From the NCBI GenBank assembly GCA_010909165.1, contig MU008207.1, positions 301,983 to 365,982 of the forward strand: DNA of 64,000 bases, given 5' to 3'. The position numbers and the translations under genes were made by a program. Each line of letters begins with the position of its first letter. Position 1 is the stretch's first letter. The notes beneath the pieces are model-generated. The model did no database searches and was not told the origin of the DNA. It saw nothing but the letters and a program-made list of their open reading frames with translations. Below, in pieces: positions 62,541 to 64,000 of the stretch. Source of the stretch: Anthoceros angustus (taxonomy: Eukaryota; Plantae; Anthocerotophyta).

Positions 62541-64000
62541 CCTACATGTGTAGGTATGCCGATCTACCATCGAGCGGGCCACGACCGTAGCGTTCCAGGT
62601 CCAGGATGTGAGGATGTTATTACTGTGGCGTGTCTCTGTATGTGAGCTTAGTAGTGGCCCGCTTATGTAAGGGGCTTAGTGTGAAGAGGTGTGTGGCTTG
62701 TGTCTTGGATGCTGGTGAGTTGATGAACAAGAGTCTCATGGAACAAAACTTATTGTGCTTGACGCGCTTGGATAAGTGTGGCTACTAGAGGCTTAATCCT
62801 AGGATCCTAGGTTTTCCTTCCATAGCAGTATGTAGCATTCCGGAATGATGTGCTATCTTGTTAAAGGTTGCTGAACCATTTATTGCAGCGTTGTAACGAG
62901 TACGAGATTCGTTAGCACGGTCATGAAAGAGCTGCTCAAAAAGACATTAGGTTTTTGTATGATTGTGCATCTACGCAAGCACGGTGTGTAAAACATTAAA
63001 GGAAAGACCACCACGAGATAGCAATAAGTGTTCGTGAGAAAAGGAAATATGTATGTACGTGCATGTGGATCACAAAAGTCGTTTCCTTCCGTCCAAGAAA
63101 ATGCCTAAACGAGGCTCAAGCATTCATCCTGCGATTCACGAGGAGCTGAGTGGATGATCATATTCAGAGAATAACTCAACCCTCACACACAGAGAAGTCG
63201 TTCGTCACTATACCAAGCATCATTTACAACACTTGAGCTTAGCAAACGGTATAACCCAGTTTTGGGGTTTTCGTGTTCCTGACATAAGGATTCCAAATAC
63301 GGAGATCGACAGGCGACCCCTGTTCCGATTTCAGAAATCCAGGACTCCATCACGAAGAGTAAAACAAGCTGCTGTGAAAATTCAGGCGTACCCTGGAAAG
63401 CCTCCCTGCGTGACCTCGGCGCAGGCGCGTCCAACACGTCAATGACAAAGATCCTAAGATAATGATACTTGCCGAGTATTTGAACCAACAATCCACAAAC
63501 CTCTACACATGACTTGAGCATTCAGAACATTTCTGCACTCCCCGGGCCAGAAAGACACCAAATCCCAATCACGCCAGTCCTCACCTACTTTACTGCGTAG
63601 TGAAGACATTTCCAGGAAAACTATCCCACATCGGTATAACTCGTCGAAGATGAAGATAGCTGAACAGTCCAGATATTGCGACTAGCTTAATATAACATAT
63701 TCCAAACTAGGCGTAATGGACGCATCGCATATAAAATTGACACCTAGAATCACCCCATTGCGTACTTGCGTCCAGTTCCGTGCTGTGGCTTCATACTTGG
63801 CCCTGTCTGTCATATATGCGCAATTTCGGGAACAAGCGGATCATCCGGGTTTGGATCTGTCAAAAGTGAACAAATTGAAAGGAGAACCTACAGAAGAAAA
63901 AGGTTGATCAATAGTTTTGACATGCTAAAAAGTAGAGACCACGCCTGCTAGGTAGTTGAATATAACCACTCGTCACAATTTACAGAAAGACCAGAGAACA

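Noticed and set aside
62541-64000. Searched for the missing methyltransferase N-terminal half or a host gene
   Set aside because: No (D/S/N)PPY motif in the frames I read; short ORFs not identifiable.

Overview
Plant nuclear DNA, most likely a fern or another lineage with U-to-C organellar RNA editing, inferred from a DYW:KP-type PPR gene end at 1-609. About 90% of the window is nested LTR retrotransposons. (1) Copia element A (8088-17601, minus, TA...TA LTR ends) carries a 2.6 kb Gypsy solo LTR (G3) in its RNase H. (2) A four-level nest: Copia C (19774-62540, minus) contains Copia B (21472-57885, plus), which contains a ~4.4 kb Gypsy solo LTR (G2), which contains a full Athila-like Gypsy (G1, 24979-49924, minus) with LTRs of 5.6 kb or more. 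Most notable: (a) three Gypsy families carry long ORF remnants inside their LTRs. G1 and G2 encode a shared DWG...S(P/T)YLxH(L/V)W domain plus a coiled coil, and G1 has arrays of the palindrome CTACCRYGGTAG. (b) A bacterial-type beta-class DNA amino-methyltransferase (N4C/N6A) fragment lies at 1259-1711. (c) Both Copia A and Copia B have extra ORF remnants. The assembly looks noisy: many indels, often CAG/CTG read as CG, one N at 13354 and near-identical tandem duplications. Frameshifts therefore cannot be taken as proof of pseudogenisation. Element names A-D and G1-G4 are my labels, and all homology calls come from motif recognition, not database searches.
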